NCBI GenBank assembly: GCA_040752695.1
Contig: JBFMGO010000093.1
Location: forward strand, 1-24,102
DNA length: 24,102 nt
From: a bacterium
Lineage (GTDB): Bacteria > SZUA-182 > DTGQ01
Direction of reading: 5' to 3'
Position 1 is the stretch's first letter. Every line of letters begins with the position of its first letter. The notes beneath the pieces were generated by a model. The model was not told the DNA's origin and did not search any database. It was given only the letters and a program-made list of their open reading frames with translations. A program made the translations under genes and the position numbers. Below, one piece after another: positions 9,249 through 17,758 of this stretch.

Positions 9249-10156
9249 AATTTTCAAGGCACAAGCCTAACCGTCTCTCTTGACCGGCGTTTTTTATGTA
9301 TACATTTATGTACACATACCTCTTCATGTCTTAACGCTGGGGCGGAGCTAAGGGTACGGCGGGACAAAAGATATGGACATGGATGTAGATATGAACATGG
9401 GTATGATATTGAATTGATTGATTTCATAAGCTGCTCTTTTCCGATATGTATACCATTTATGACACTATACATAATTTAACCGTGAAAGGCAGCAGATAAT
9501 TGATATCTTCATATTCTGAACTCCACCTTATCCTGCCATCTACCCGAAGGGCAGGTGAAGAATAGGTGCTGGGGAAAAGGGGGTACAAGATAAACCGACC
9601 AGAAAGAGACTGATTTCTCTGTCTCCCCCTGCGCAAGACAGAGAATCGATACCTGAATTACCAGAGCGATCCAGTATTGCCAAGGCTACCCGGAGGACGG
9701 GGGGAGGATACGTTCGACGTATCATTGACGGAGCGGTCAGATACATTTGAAAGCTGTATGGCTGAACCCATGTTGAGGCTGGCTGCTGCTGCCATATAGA
9801 TAAGGCTGGCCAGGATTGCTGGATGCAGGATTGCTGGATGAATGATATTTAAAAATAAAATATATTATAAATATAATCTTTTATCAAATCACTTGAGCGA
9901 TCCAATAATGAATAATCCATTCTGATTGAGCTTTTTGCCGAAGAAAAAAAGCAGCGATAACCGGGTATGGGGCACGATGATTTGCCTGTTAGCCGGCTTC
10001 ACCGTACGTAATGGTTTGTCTTTTGGGCAGCTTTTCGAGTACAGTTTTTTTCGAGGTGCATGAGTATCTTGACTACTTTGACTACAGGAGTAGCAGTTCA
10101 CTGGCAGCAGTGCTATGGCAGTGATTCATTGGCAGTAATGCTTTAGGAGCAGTTGT

Positions 10157-10801
10157 ATGAAATCAATAAAGGTAGAGAATACGCCAGGATATAACTATTG
10201 GCTCTTCCTCCCTGAAGGCTATGGAAAGGAGCAGCAGGTAGAGTGGCCGACGATTCTCTTTCTCCATGGCGCAGGAGAGAGGGGGGATAATCTTAATCTG
10301 GTCAGAAAATATGGGCCTCCGAAAATAGCCGGTGAGTTTGAAAATTTCCCTTTCATCGTAATTGCTCCACAGTGCCCAAAAGGGAAAATATGGGCTGACA
10401 ACCTGCTCGTAGATCTCCTTGATACAGCTTTAAGTCGGTATAAGATTGATGAGAATCGGATTTACGCGACCGGTGTCAGCATGGGCGGTGCCGGAGTGTG
10501 GAATCTGGCCATCAGGCATCCGGACAGGTTTGCAGCTATTGCTCCGATCTGTGGATACGGTGATCCCAGCCAGGTATTACCCTTGCTAAAAGTTCCGGTC
10601 TGGGTCTTCCATGGTGCCAAGGATATCGTAATTCCGGTTCTTGAGTCAGAACGTATGGTCAAGGCACTCAAGAACTATGGTGGCAGGGTTCAGCTTACCA
10701 TATATTCAGAATCCGGACATGCAGAGGCATGGGAGATAGCTTATCGAGACTGGAGCACCTACGAATGGCTCCTACAGCATAAAAGGCATAATACTTTATA
10801 A
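10157..10801 (+). CDS. Alpha/beta hydrolase (predicted peptidase/esterase, phospholipase-carboxylesterase family)
   Basis: PTILFLHGAGERG; FIVIAPQCP; nucleophile elbow TGVSMGG; PVWVFHGAKD; ESGH. SD AGGAG upstream. Confidence 0.9.
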   Translation: MKSIKVENTPGYNYWLFLPEGYGKEQQVEWPTILFLHGAGERGDNLNLVRKYGPPKIAGEFENFPFIVIAPQCPKGKIWADNLLVDLLDTALSRYKIDENRIYATGVSMGGAGVWNLAIRHPDRFAAIAPICGYGDPSQVLPLLKVPVWVFHGAKDIVIPVLESERMVKALKNYGGRVQLTIYSESGHAEAWEIAYRDWSTYEWLLQHKRHNTL

Positions 10802-11048
10802 TACAAGGCGCTCCCCTTGAAAAAAGTTCAGGGTCGGGCAGGTTTAAATTTGGGAAAAACTCGATCATGTTTAAAAGAAAGTATGTAGTAGGTAGTGCAT
10901 GGTGCGGGAAAAACGCACTACTACTACGATGACTCTGGAGCATCGCGGACTTCGATCCCCTGGAGTTTCATGACAGACTTGACTTATGACAGTGCCATTC
11001 CCTTCAGAGCAGGTGAAAATTGCCTTAGAGCAGGGCAGGGGGAATCTG

Positions 11049-11082
11049 AAAAAACCCGGCCGATGATCTTCCATCGGCCGGG
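11049..11082 (-). terminator. Intrinsic terminator of the DUF333-repeat gene
   Basis: 11-bp stem CCCGGCCGATG/CATCGGCCGGG with a 6-nt loop, followed by T6 on the minus strand, about 75 nt after the stop. Confidence 0.8.
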
Positions 11083-11157
11083 GAAACCATAAGGGATTCA
11101 TCTTTTCAACCTCTCAACATCCTCTTCCTTCACTCCAGGCAGGATGCTGTTATGGTT

Positions 11158-12873
11158 TTACCATGCTCTATCCGCACTACCCTTCAAATAGGCCGGTGAT
11201 ATCTGGGGCATCGCATATGCCTGGCACTCGCCCCTGAAGAAAGCCCACTCGTCGCATTCGGTTCCATCACTGAAGATGCACACTCCATATTGGCCGCCGT
11301 TCTCATCTGTTCTGATTTCACTGATACCGCCATTTTCAATGCAGTATACGGAGGCAGGATTAGCCATCCCGATGATTGTCGGAGTCTGGCCGATCGGCAC
11401 TATCGAAGGCTCGCCACCCACTCCCGGTCTTTTGCCATCGAGCGGTGGCATGATGTTCGGCCTGTCAGATGTCTGGCACTCACCCAGATAGTAAACCCAT
11501 GCGTCGCATTCGGTTCCATCACCGAAGATGCACACTCCTGATTGACTGCCGTCCTCGTTTGTTCTGATTTCATAGGTCCCGCCGGTTTCCGTGCAGTAAA
11601 CAGCAGATGGGTTGGCCATCCCGATCGGACCTGCCGGATTGTCCCCAGGCTGACATTCGCCCCTGTGGTAAGCCCATGCATCGCATGCACTGCCATCACT
11701 GAAAACGCAGGCTTTATATCGGCTGCCTTCATCATTTGTTCTTATTTCAATAGCTCCGCCATTTTCTAGGCAGTATAACACGTTCATTCCAATGACCCCT
11801 TCTTGACTGCCGGGAGGCAGGGAAGGCTGAGAAGGCTCGCATTCACCCCTGAAGAAGGCCCACTCGTCGCACTCACTTCCATCGCTGAAAACACAGACTC
11901 CGTATTGGCTGCCATCCTTGGGAGATGTTCTGATTTGATAATCCCCGTCGTTCTCCGCGCAGTAAACCGCAGCAGGATTAGGCTGCCCAATAGGATCTCC
12001 AGGTTTCCCGCCATCGAGGGGAGGCATAGCGTCATGACTGCCGGAAGGCTCGCATTCACCCCTGTAGTAGGCCCATCCGTCACATTCGGTTCCATCACTG
12101 AAGATGCAGACTCCGGATTGACTGCCGTCCGCGGCTGTCCTGATTTCATAGGTTCCGCCATTTTCCTTGCAATAAACCGCGGCAGGATTGGGCAACCCGG
12201 CATTTCCTGATTGACCGCCATTATTCAACCAGGGAACCTGAAAATTACTATTGAATATGGAAGTGAAATTGCCATAACCGCTATATAAACCGTAACCATT
12301 GTATACACCATAACCGCTGCCGAAAAGATTTCCTGTCCAGCCAGACAGACTGGAGTTGCCGAAAGAAGAATAATTGCCAAATAGGTTGGTGTTGCCGAAA
12401 GAAGAATAGTCTGTCCTGCCAAACAGATTGGAGCTGCCGAAAGAAGAATCTGGCCAGGAGAAAGTATTGGTATACGCATAGCCGGACCTCCCTATATTCC
12501 CACAAGTATTCCCGGGCACATCAAAGGCAGTAAGTGGGTTGTAAGCGGTATACCTCGAAATGACCGAGGAGTTGCTTGCTGTTGATATCAGCTTCGGCTG
12601 ATATGAAGCCGCAGTGGGTGCCGGTGCTATCAAAGGTACGGGAGCTATGTCAAGAGGTGCATTGTCAATAAGTGACTTGGAGATATCCGAGAGTATGGCA
12701 GTCTCATGATATATTTTCACCGAGACTTGGCCACTGTCAGGCTTTTCAGGCAGTGCCAGGGCTTTTGCTCTTGAATAGAGTTGCTGTGCAATAACTGGAG
12801 AAATTAAAAGATGTAAAACGACCAAACAGACGATAAAAGATAAAAACTTTACGCAACTGATCTCGCGTTTCAT
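11158..12873 (-). CDS. Secreted protein with an S/G/N/F/Y-rich low-complexity region and five DUF333-like Cys-rich domains
   Basis: Signal peptide; SD AAAGGAG; five domains of the type NPAAVYC.ENGG.YEIRT..DGSQ.GVCIFSDGTECD.WA.YRGEC (the third has a divergent start). Confidence 0.85.
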   Translation of the reverse strand: MKREISCVKFLSFIVCLVVLHLLISPVIAQQLYSRAKALALPEKPDSGQVSVKIYHETAILSDISKSLIDNAPLDIAPVPLIAPAPTAASYQPKLISTASNSSVISRYTAYNPLTAFDVPGNTCGNIGRSGYAYTNTFSWPDSSFGSSNLFGRTDYSSFGNTNLFGNYSSFGNSSLSGWTGNLFGSGYGVYNGYGLYSGYGNFTSIFNSNFQVPWLNNGGQSGNAGLPNPAAVYCKENGGTYEIRTAADGSQSGVCIFSDGTECDGWAYYRGECEPSGSHDAMPPLDGGKPGDPIGQPNPAAVYCAENDGDYQIRTSPKDGSQYGVCVFSDGSECDEWAFFRGECEPSQPSLPPGSQEGVIGMNVLYCLENGGAIEIRTNDEGSRYKACVFSDGSACDAWAYHRGECQPGDNPAGPIGMANPSAVYCTETGGTYEIRTNEDGSQSGVCIFGDGTECDAWVYYLGECQTSDRPNIMPPLDGKRPGVGGEPSIVPIGQTPTIIGMANPASVYCIENGGISEIRTDENGGQYGVCIFSDGTECDEWAFFRGECQAYAMPQISPAYLKGSADRAW

Positions 12874-13049
12874 GATACGTACTCCTTTCGATTTAGTACT
12901 TACCTGACAGATCCTTTAACAAGGCAAAAAAATTACCTGAAAATAGATAGTTATTATTATGGTGAACCAGATGACAATTCCTGGAATCACACAATCCCCC
13001 CTCACACTTCTAAAGGAGAGGACGCTGTTGTAAACGTGCACTTTCCCTT

Positions 13050-13089
13050 AACGCCATTCATTTTATTTCAACGCCATTCATTTTATTTC
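13050..13089. repeat. Perfect 20-bp tandem duplication
   Basis: AACGCCATTCATTTTATTTC x2. Confidence 0.9.
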
Positions 13090-13467
13090 CTTCGAAGTTA
13101 TCGATTCATGTTCCTCTCTGACACCTCCTTTCTGCCTCCTATCCTCCCCCTGGCAGAAAACGATAAGCGCTGATTAATACGCAATTCTTTCTCCTCATTA
13201 TTCCTTCTAAACATTATTCCTTCTCATCAATCCCCATCTTTAAGGGAGCCACCTTCAAGTAACCATCAATGTCAACCAGGAGTGCAGCTCGCACTTTTAT
13301 TGCTTTCCCCTGCTGCCCTCCCTTGGGAGGCAGAGCTATAGGGATAGCTTGCGTTTGTATTTTATAAAGAACTCAAAGATGAAGAAGGGAGATTGAAATC
13401 TCTTGTATGTGCGAACGCTGTCTCTTTTTAGTAAATTTATAAGAAGATGAATTATGCAATCAGTAAT

Positions 13468-13484
13468 TGCAACTTCCATACCAA
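13468..13484 (-). promoter_or_regulatory. Sigma54 (-24/-12) promoter facing the DUF333-repeat gene
   Basis: Minus strand reads TTGGTATGGAAGTTGCA, matching TGGYRYR-N4-TTGCA with exact GG-N10-GC spacing. Confidence 0.7.
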
Positions 13485-13623
13485 CCATAACCAATCCTCA
13501 TATTAAAATTTCACACTCTTATTAAGATAGGGGGAAATATGATGCCTTCAGAGGGCAGGGGGGAAATAGGCCCCTCCAGAAGAGAGGGGCTGCCTTTGAG
13601 GTATTATGTTTAACATCTATTGA

Positions 13624-13681
13624 ATTTCTGAGATCTTCACCTTATACATGTCTCAGATTTCTGAGAGTTCCTATCAGAAAT
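13624..13681. promoter_or_regulatory. Candidate upstream activator sequences for an enhancer-binding protein
   Basis: ATTTCTGA-N9-TCAGAAAT (13657-13681), TCTGAGA-N17-TCTCAGA (13627-13657) and a direct repeat ATTTCTGAGA 33 bp apart, 140-200 bp upstream of the -24 element. Confidence 0.4.
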
Positions 13682-13734
13682 TTTACACCGGAGGGGTACT
13701 GCGAGCCACTGGTTAAAAACGGCCTGGAATCCGC

Positions 13735-14802
13735 TTAAAACAGGTAGCTCATGCTCAGGGAGCAGGATTGTCTTCTATATTTTCCAGATGATGAAGAAGT
13801 GCCTGTTTGGGAGAGTAAATATCGCATTTCCAGGGAATACCTTTTGAAGATATCCCTTGAAAGACTGAGAACGAGTACGTCGTGCGATTGTTCGTTGTTG
13901 TCTTCATCCGGCGGGGAGGGAGAGGAGCTTCCCTGAGACTCATATCTGCAAAACTGTAACTGGCCGTAGCACTGGAGAGTCACCTCCCAGTAAAGGGGTA
14001 TGGCGGCGATAATTGAAAATTGATGTGCGTAAAACGAGTATTCTGAATAATCCGATGTATTCCTTTGAAAAGCATAACTGGGATTGATAAGGAAATTATC
14101 GATCCATTGAGAGCCGAGAGAAATCTCATAGAGAGTATCAGTGTGATGCTCTTGAAGGGAAAGCTCCTGAAGTTCCTGAAGGGACGCCTCCTGCTGCCTC
14201 GAGAACCGGGAGGTTGTAACTTTTCCCGTAAGACATACCGTGAGTGTACAGGAGAGAGGGTAATTGGTCATCAATTGAACCTGATGGTCCTTCGAATCAA
14301 AAAAATCCTTGTCCTTATAATTTCGTTGATGGTACAGGTATTTGATACTGCAATTAAAATCTTCACCATTGAATTTGAGTGATACACCGCTGTGCCAGTA
14401 TGAATACCCGTATTCGCCCTGAACAGATGAATCCTCGGCAGGAAAGATATCCTTCTGTTTTAACTCACCGATGATCTCGGAGCTGAATCTTGGGGAGATG
14501 AGAAGAGCAAGTCCAAGGTCGGCCTGATTGAAGGCAATGTTTTCCTCATCGCTTATTACTTTGAAGCCGTTTTGAAATCGAAATATACCGCCGAAACGTT
14601 TCCGGTGAGGAAATAATGAAAGTTTGGAATCCAGATAGATACTTGAAAAAGAGTGGCTTATCGTTGATTCATTCTGCGTGAGGGTAAGGTTATCGTATCC
14701 GAGCGACAATCTGCCAGTAACTTTCCTGCTCTCAACCCCTAAGGCCAGATAAGGATGGGAAAACGCTCCTATGAGGATGAATACAACGATAATCTTTCTC
14801 AC
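13735..14802 (-). CDS. Putative outer-membrane beta-barrel protein of unknown function
   Basis: GTG start; signal peptide (MRKIIVVFILIGAFSHPYLALG); amphipathic Ser/Tyr/Gln-rich strands; C-terminal SLSMSYLF ending in Phe, typical of a BAM beta-signal. Confidence 0.7.
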   Translation of the reverse strand: MRKIIVVFILIGAFSHPYLALGVESRKVTGRLSLGYDNLTLTQNESTISHSFSSIYLDSKLSLFPHRKRFGGIFRFQNGFKVISDEENIAFNQADLGLALLISPRFSSEIIGELKQKDIFPAEDSSVQGEYGYSYWHSGVSLKFNGEDFNCSIKYLYHQRNYKDKDFFDSKDHQVQLMTNYPLSCTLTVCLTGKVTTSRFSRQQEASLQELQELSLQEHHTDTLYEISLGSQWIDNFLINPSYAFQRNTSDYSEYSFYAHQFSIIAAIPLYWEVTLQCYGQLQFCRYESQGSSSPSPPDEDNNEQSHDVLVLSLSRDIFKRYSLEMRYLLSQTGTSSSSGKYRRQSCSLSMSYLF

Positions 14803-14969
14803 TGATTCAGGCTTTCTTTGAGCCTCACTGCTTCTGTACCTGCTCTATGTACTATGCTCTATATCCTATATTATTTTATAATATATTGAAATTATTTATG
14901 ATATAATATTAATTATTATAATTATAATATGATTATGATGTGATATCCTATACTGTGGCCTTTATTCTG

Positions 14970-16094
14970 TTATGGCCTTTCCGATGAACTCAATTCCTCG
15001 GCCCGCTTATAAAAAGTTTCTGTCTTTTGCAACAAGTGCTGAATCTGGCTTGCCATTTGGGATTTTTGTATTTTGAGAAGCTCAATTTGTTTCTCTATGC
15101 TTTTGTTGGAAAGTATCAAATCAGCAGGTGAAGAATCAAAAGCTTCCCTGCCGAGAATGAAAGAGGAAGAAGATTCTTCCAGGCTGCCTGGCAAAATCAT
15201 TCCACTTTCACCTTGGGAGGGAGGAAGAGCTGACAAGGGGGGCTCGTCTCCGCCCCGATCGCCTCCAGCAGTGTCCGGCTCCCTATTATTGGCAACCTTC
15301 CTTTCCGTGACCAGGAGCGTATCATCGAAAAAGCTCATGCCGTCGGTAAATTTCTTTACCTTATCACGGAGCGACTTTTCTTTTTCCAGCTTGGTGACCT
15401 GAGCCTCTACCTGGAATATTTTCGCCTTGAGCAATGTAGCCTGGTCGGAGAGAAAATCAGCCTTTTTCCGGATTTCCGAGGAAGTATCGTTATCCCGAAG
15501 CTCCAGACTGACCTTCGGCACCTCGAATTCCACCGGTTTTTCGAGTCTCTCGGATTCATTCAAATATTTGAGCAATTGCTTCAGGAGAGTTTTCCGCTCT
15601 CTGTCATCTAATCGCCCTTCGAGCCGGTTCACGAGAGCCGAAATTGCCGTCGAGTATTTTTGCTCAAGCTGCAATTCAGCTTCCTCGATCTGCCTCGAAA
15701 GGGCTTCCAGATCGGACACAAGCCGCTGAGATTCACTCATCAGCGAATCCAGCTTTCTGTTGCCTCTGTTATCGGATTTTTGTTTCTCCTGCATAATCTT
15801 CTCAGCTAACCTGTCGCTTTTTTTGAGTAATCTGCTTTTTTCCGACTGCTGCTCTTTTAACATCTTGCTCAGCCTGGAAATATCATTATCCATAGCCGAA
15901 GACCAGGCAGGGATAGTACTTTGAGATACCAGACCGCAGTGGCCTGGTGATACTCCCAAGACCAGAATAACGATAAACAACGTCGGAATCCTTACCGGAA
16001 TCCATGTCGGTGATTTTACCATTTTTGCTATTTTTATCATTTTTCGTTGTATCTTGTCCATAGCTTCCTGCCTTTTATCTATAGATTTCTCCAT
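14970..16094 (-). CDS. Exported long coiled-coil protein of unknown function (true start may be a later Met near 16040-16022)
   Basis: Hydrophobic segment LFIVILVLGVS followed by extensive K/E/L/Q heptads, a disordered G/P/S linker and a C-terminal helix; co-directional with the two-component genes. Confidence 0.7.
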   Translation of the reverse strand: MEKSIDKRQEAMDKIQRKMIKIAKMVKSPTWIPVRIPTLFIVILVLGVSPGHCGLVSQSTIPAWSSAMDNDISRLSKMLKEQQSEKSRLLKKSDRLAEKIMQEKQKSDNRGNRKLDSLMSESQRLVSDLEALSRQIEEAELQLEQKYSTAISALVNRLEGRLDDRERKTLLKQLLKYLNESERLEKPVEFEVPKVSLELRDNDTSSEIRKKADFLSDQATLLKAKIFQVEAQVTKLEKEKSLRDKVKKFTDGMSFFDDTLLVTERKVANNREPDTAGGDRGGDEPPLSALPPSQGESGMILPGSLEESSSSFILGREAFDSSPADLILSNKSIEKQIELLKIQKSQMASQIQHLLQKTETFYKRAEELSSSERP

Positions 16095-16167
16095 AGATTT
16101 CTCTATAGGGTTTCTCCATAGATCACTCTATAGATTACCCAATAGATTTCTCTATGGATTACTCTAT
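16080..16167. repeat. Degenerate 12-bp tandem array (7 units) spanning the response-regulator stop codon and the next possible start
   Basis: TATAGATTTCTC, CATAGATTTCTC, TATAGGGTTTCTC, CATAGATCACTC, TATAGATTACCC, AATAGATTTCTC, TATGGATTACTC. Confidence 0.85.
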
Positions 16168-17535
16168 CAGTTTATATTTTTCCAGCTTATAGTATAAAGC
16201 GCTCGTTTTAATTCCCAGAATCTCTGCTGCTTTGGTTTTGACACCGCCTGCTTTCTCCATCGCCCGTATAATAAGTTGAAGTTCGAGGTTTTCCAGACTT
16301 GGATTGAGCGATAAATCCTCTTCACCAAGCAGGTTGTTTTGCCTTCCTTTCTCCATGAAGACAGGGAAATCGCCCAGTTGAATCTCATCTCTGTCGCACA
16401 GAACCAGGGCTCGTTCCATAAGGTTCTCGAGTTCCCGGATATTGCCCGGCCAATCGTATTCCCGCAAAGCTTCGAGTGCCTGCGGGCTCATTTTCGATAT
16501 CGGCTTTTTCATTTCAGTCCCTTTCTTTTTCAGGAAATGACCAACAAGAAGTGGAATATCGTCCTTGCGATGCCGTAAAGGAGGCAGTTCAAGAGGAATC
16601 ACGTTCAAACGGTAATATAAGTCTTCGCGGAACTTGCCTTTTTGTACCAGCTCAAAGAGATTGCGGTTGGTGGCTGTAATAATGCGCACGTCAATTTTTC
16701 TCGTCTGCTCCGAGCCAACTCTGTCGATTTCTTTTTCCTGGAGAACCCGCAAAAGCTTAACCTGTACGTTTTCGGAAATATCGCCGATTTCATCCAGAAA
16801 AATCGAACCACCGTCAGCCAGTTCGAATTTCCCGCGCTTTTGCTTGAAGGCATTGGTAAATGCCCCTTTCTCATGGCCGAACAGCTCGCTTTCCAGCACT
16901 CCCTCAGCCAGGGCACCACAATTCACCTTAATGAACGGCCTGTCCTTGCGAGAGCTGAGGTTGTGGACCGAGTGGGCTATGAGTTCTTTGCCTGTGCCGC
17001 TCTCGCCCGTGATGAGCACAGAAGAATCCGTTGGAGCGATCTTGCGGATTTGCTCGAAAATAAGCTGCATCGGCTTTGAATTCCCGATAATCCGGCCAAA
17101 ATTATGCTGCTGGGAAACCTGCGTGCGCAGATAGATATTCTCCTCGCCCAAACGCTGGTTTTCTTCCCTGATTGCTTTATTTGCAAGTACTTTTCTGATT
17201 CTTGCCCGAAATTCCTCAAGGGAAAGAGGCTTACTCACACAATCCGCAGCGCCCCTGTTGATCGCCTGGACAGCGAGCTCCATCGTTCCGTAAGCCGTTA
17301 TCAGAACCACATCGGTTTCGGGGTTGATTTTTTTTATTTCATCGAGCACCTCAAGGCCACTCATCGGCTCCATACGGTAATCGGTGATAACAAGATCAAA
17401 ACTGATCCTCTTGCCCAGCAAGAGCCCTTCCTTCCCGTCTTTGGCGGAATGAACCTCGTGCCCCTCTCTCCTGAGACTGTAACACATCCCCTCCCGCATA
17501 GTGCTGTCATCCTCAATCACCAGGATTTTACTCAT
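16159..17535 (-). CDS. NtrC/AtoC-family sigma54-dependent response regulator (REC, AAA+, Fis-type HTH)
   Basis: ILVIEDD; LVITDYRM; Walker A GESGTGKE; ESELFGHEKGAFTNA; Walker B FLDEIGD; FREDLYYRLNV; WPGNIRELEN; KAAEILGI...LYYKL. Confidence 0.95.
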   Translation of the reverse strand: MSKILVIEDDSTMREGMCYSLRREGHEVHSAKDGKEGLLLGKRISFDLVITDYRMEPMSGLEVLDEIKKINPETDVVLITAYGTMELAVQAINRGAADCVSKPLSLEEFRARIRKVLANKAIREENQRLGEENIYLRTQVSQQHNFGRIIGNSKPMQLIFEQIRKIAPTDSSVLITGESGTGKELIAHSVHNLSSRKDRPFIKVNCGALAEGVLESELFGHEKGAFTNAFKQKRGKFELADGGSIFLDEIGDISENVQVKLLRVLQEKEIDRVGSEQTRKIDVRIITATNRNLFELVQKGKFREDLYYRLNVIPLELPPLRHRKDDIPLLVGHFLKKKGTEMKKPISKMSPQALEALREYDWPGNIRELENLMERALVLCDRDEIQLGDFPVFMEKGRQNNLLGEEDLSLNPSLENLELQLIIRAMEKAGGVKTKAAEILGIKTSALYYKLEKYKLIE

Positions 17536-17677
17536 CCAGCTTCTCCTGCATATAAAAATTCATACCGAATAAAATAAAAAATTTATATAAGGTCTATGCT
17601 TTTGCACTTTTTAGTAAGTGCTTGAAATACCAATAGCTTCGTAATGACAAAAAGTGAAAAAGTATAGTAAGGTTACA

Positions 17678-17713
17678 ATTACTAAAGTCAAACTGATTAC
17701 TAAAGTCGAACTG
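17678..17713. repeat. 18-bp tandem duplication
   Basis: ATTACTAAAGTCAAACTG followed by ATTACTAAAGTCGAACTG. Confidence 0.8.
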
Positions 17714-17758
17714 ATGATACTGGTGTAAGATGAAACTACCCCTTGCGGCCCCATGGGA

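Noticed and set aside
9565..9750. Small plus-strand open frame ending GGGYVRRIIDGAVRYI
   Set aside because: No ATG, GTG or TTG start after the upstream stop, and no recognisable homology.
10895..11092. 65-aa ORF MHGAGKTHYYY
   Set aside because: Overlaps hairpins and the terminator, has no clear SD and no motif beyond a chance GAGKT.
11220..12192. Diversity-generating retroelement template/variable repeat among the DUF333 copies
   Set aside because: All copies are coding, their differences do not appear adenine-specific, and no reverse transcriptase is present in the window.
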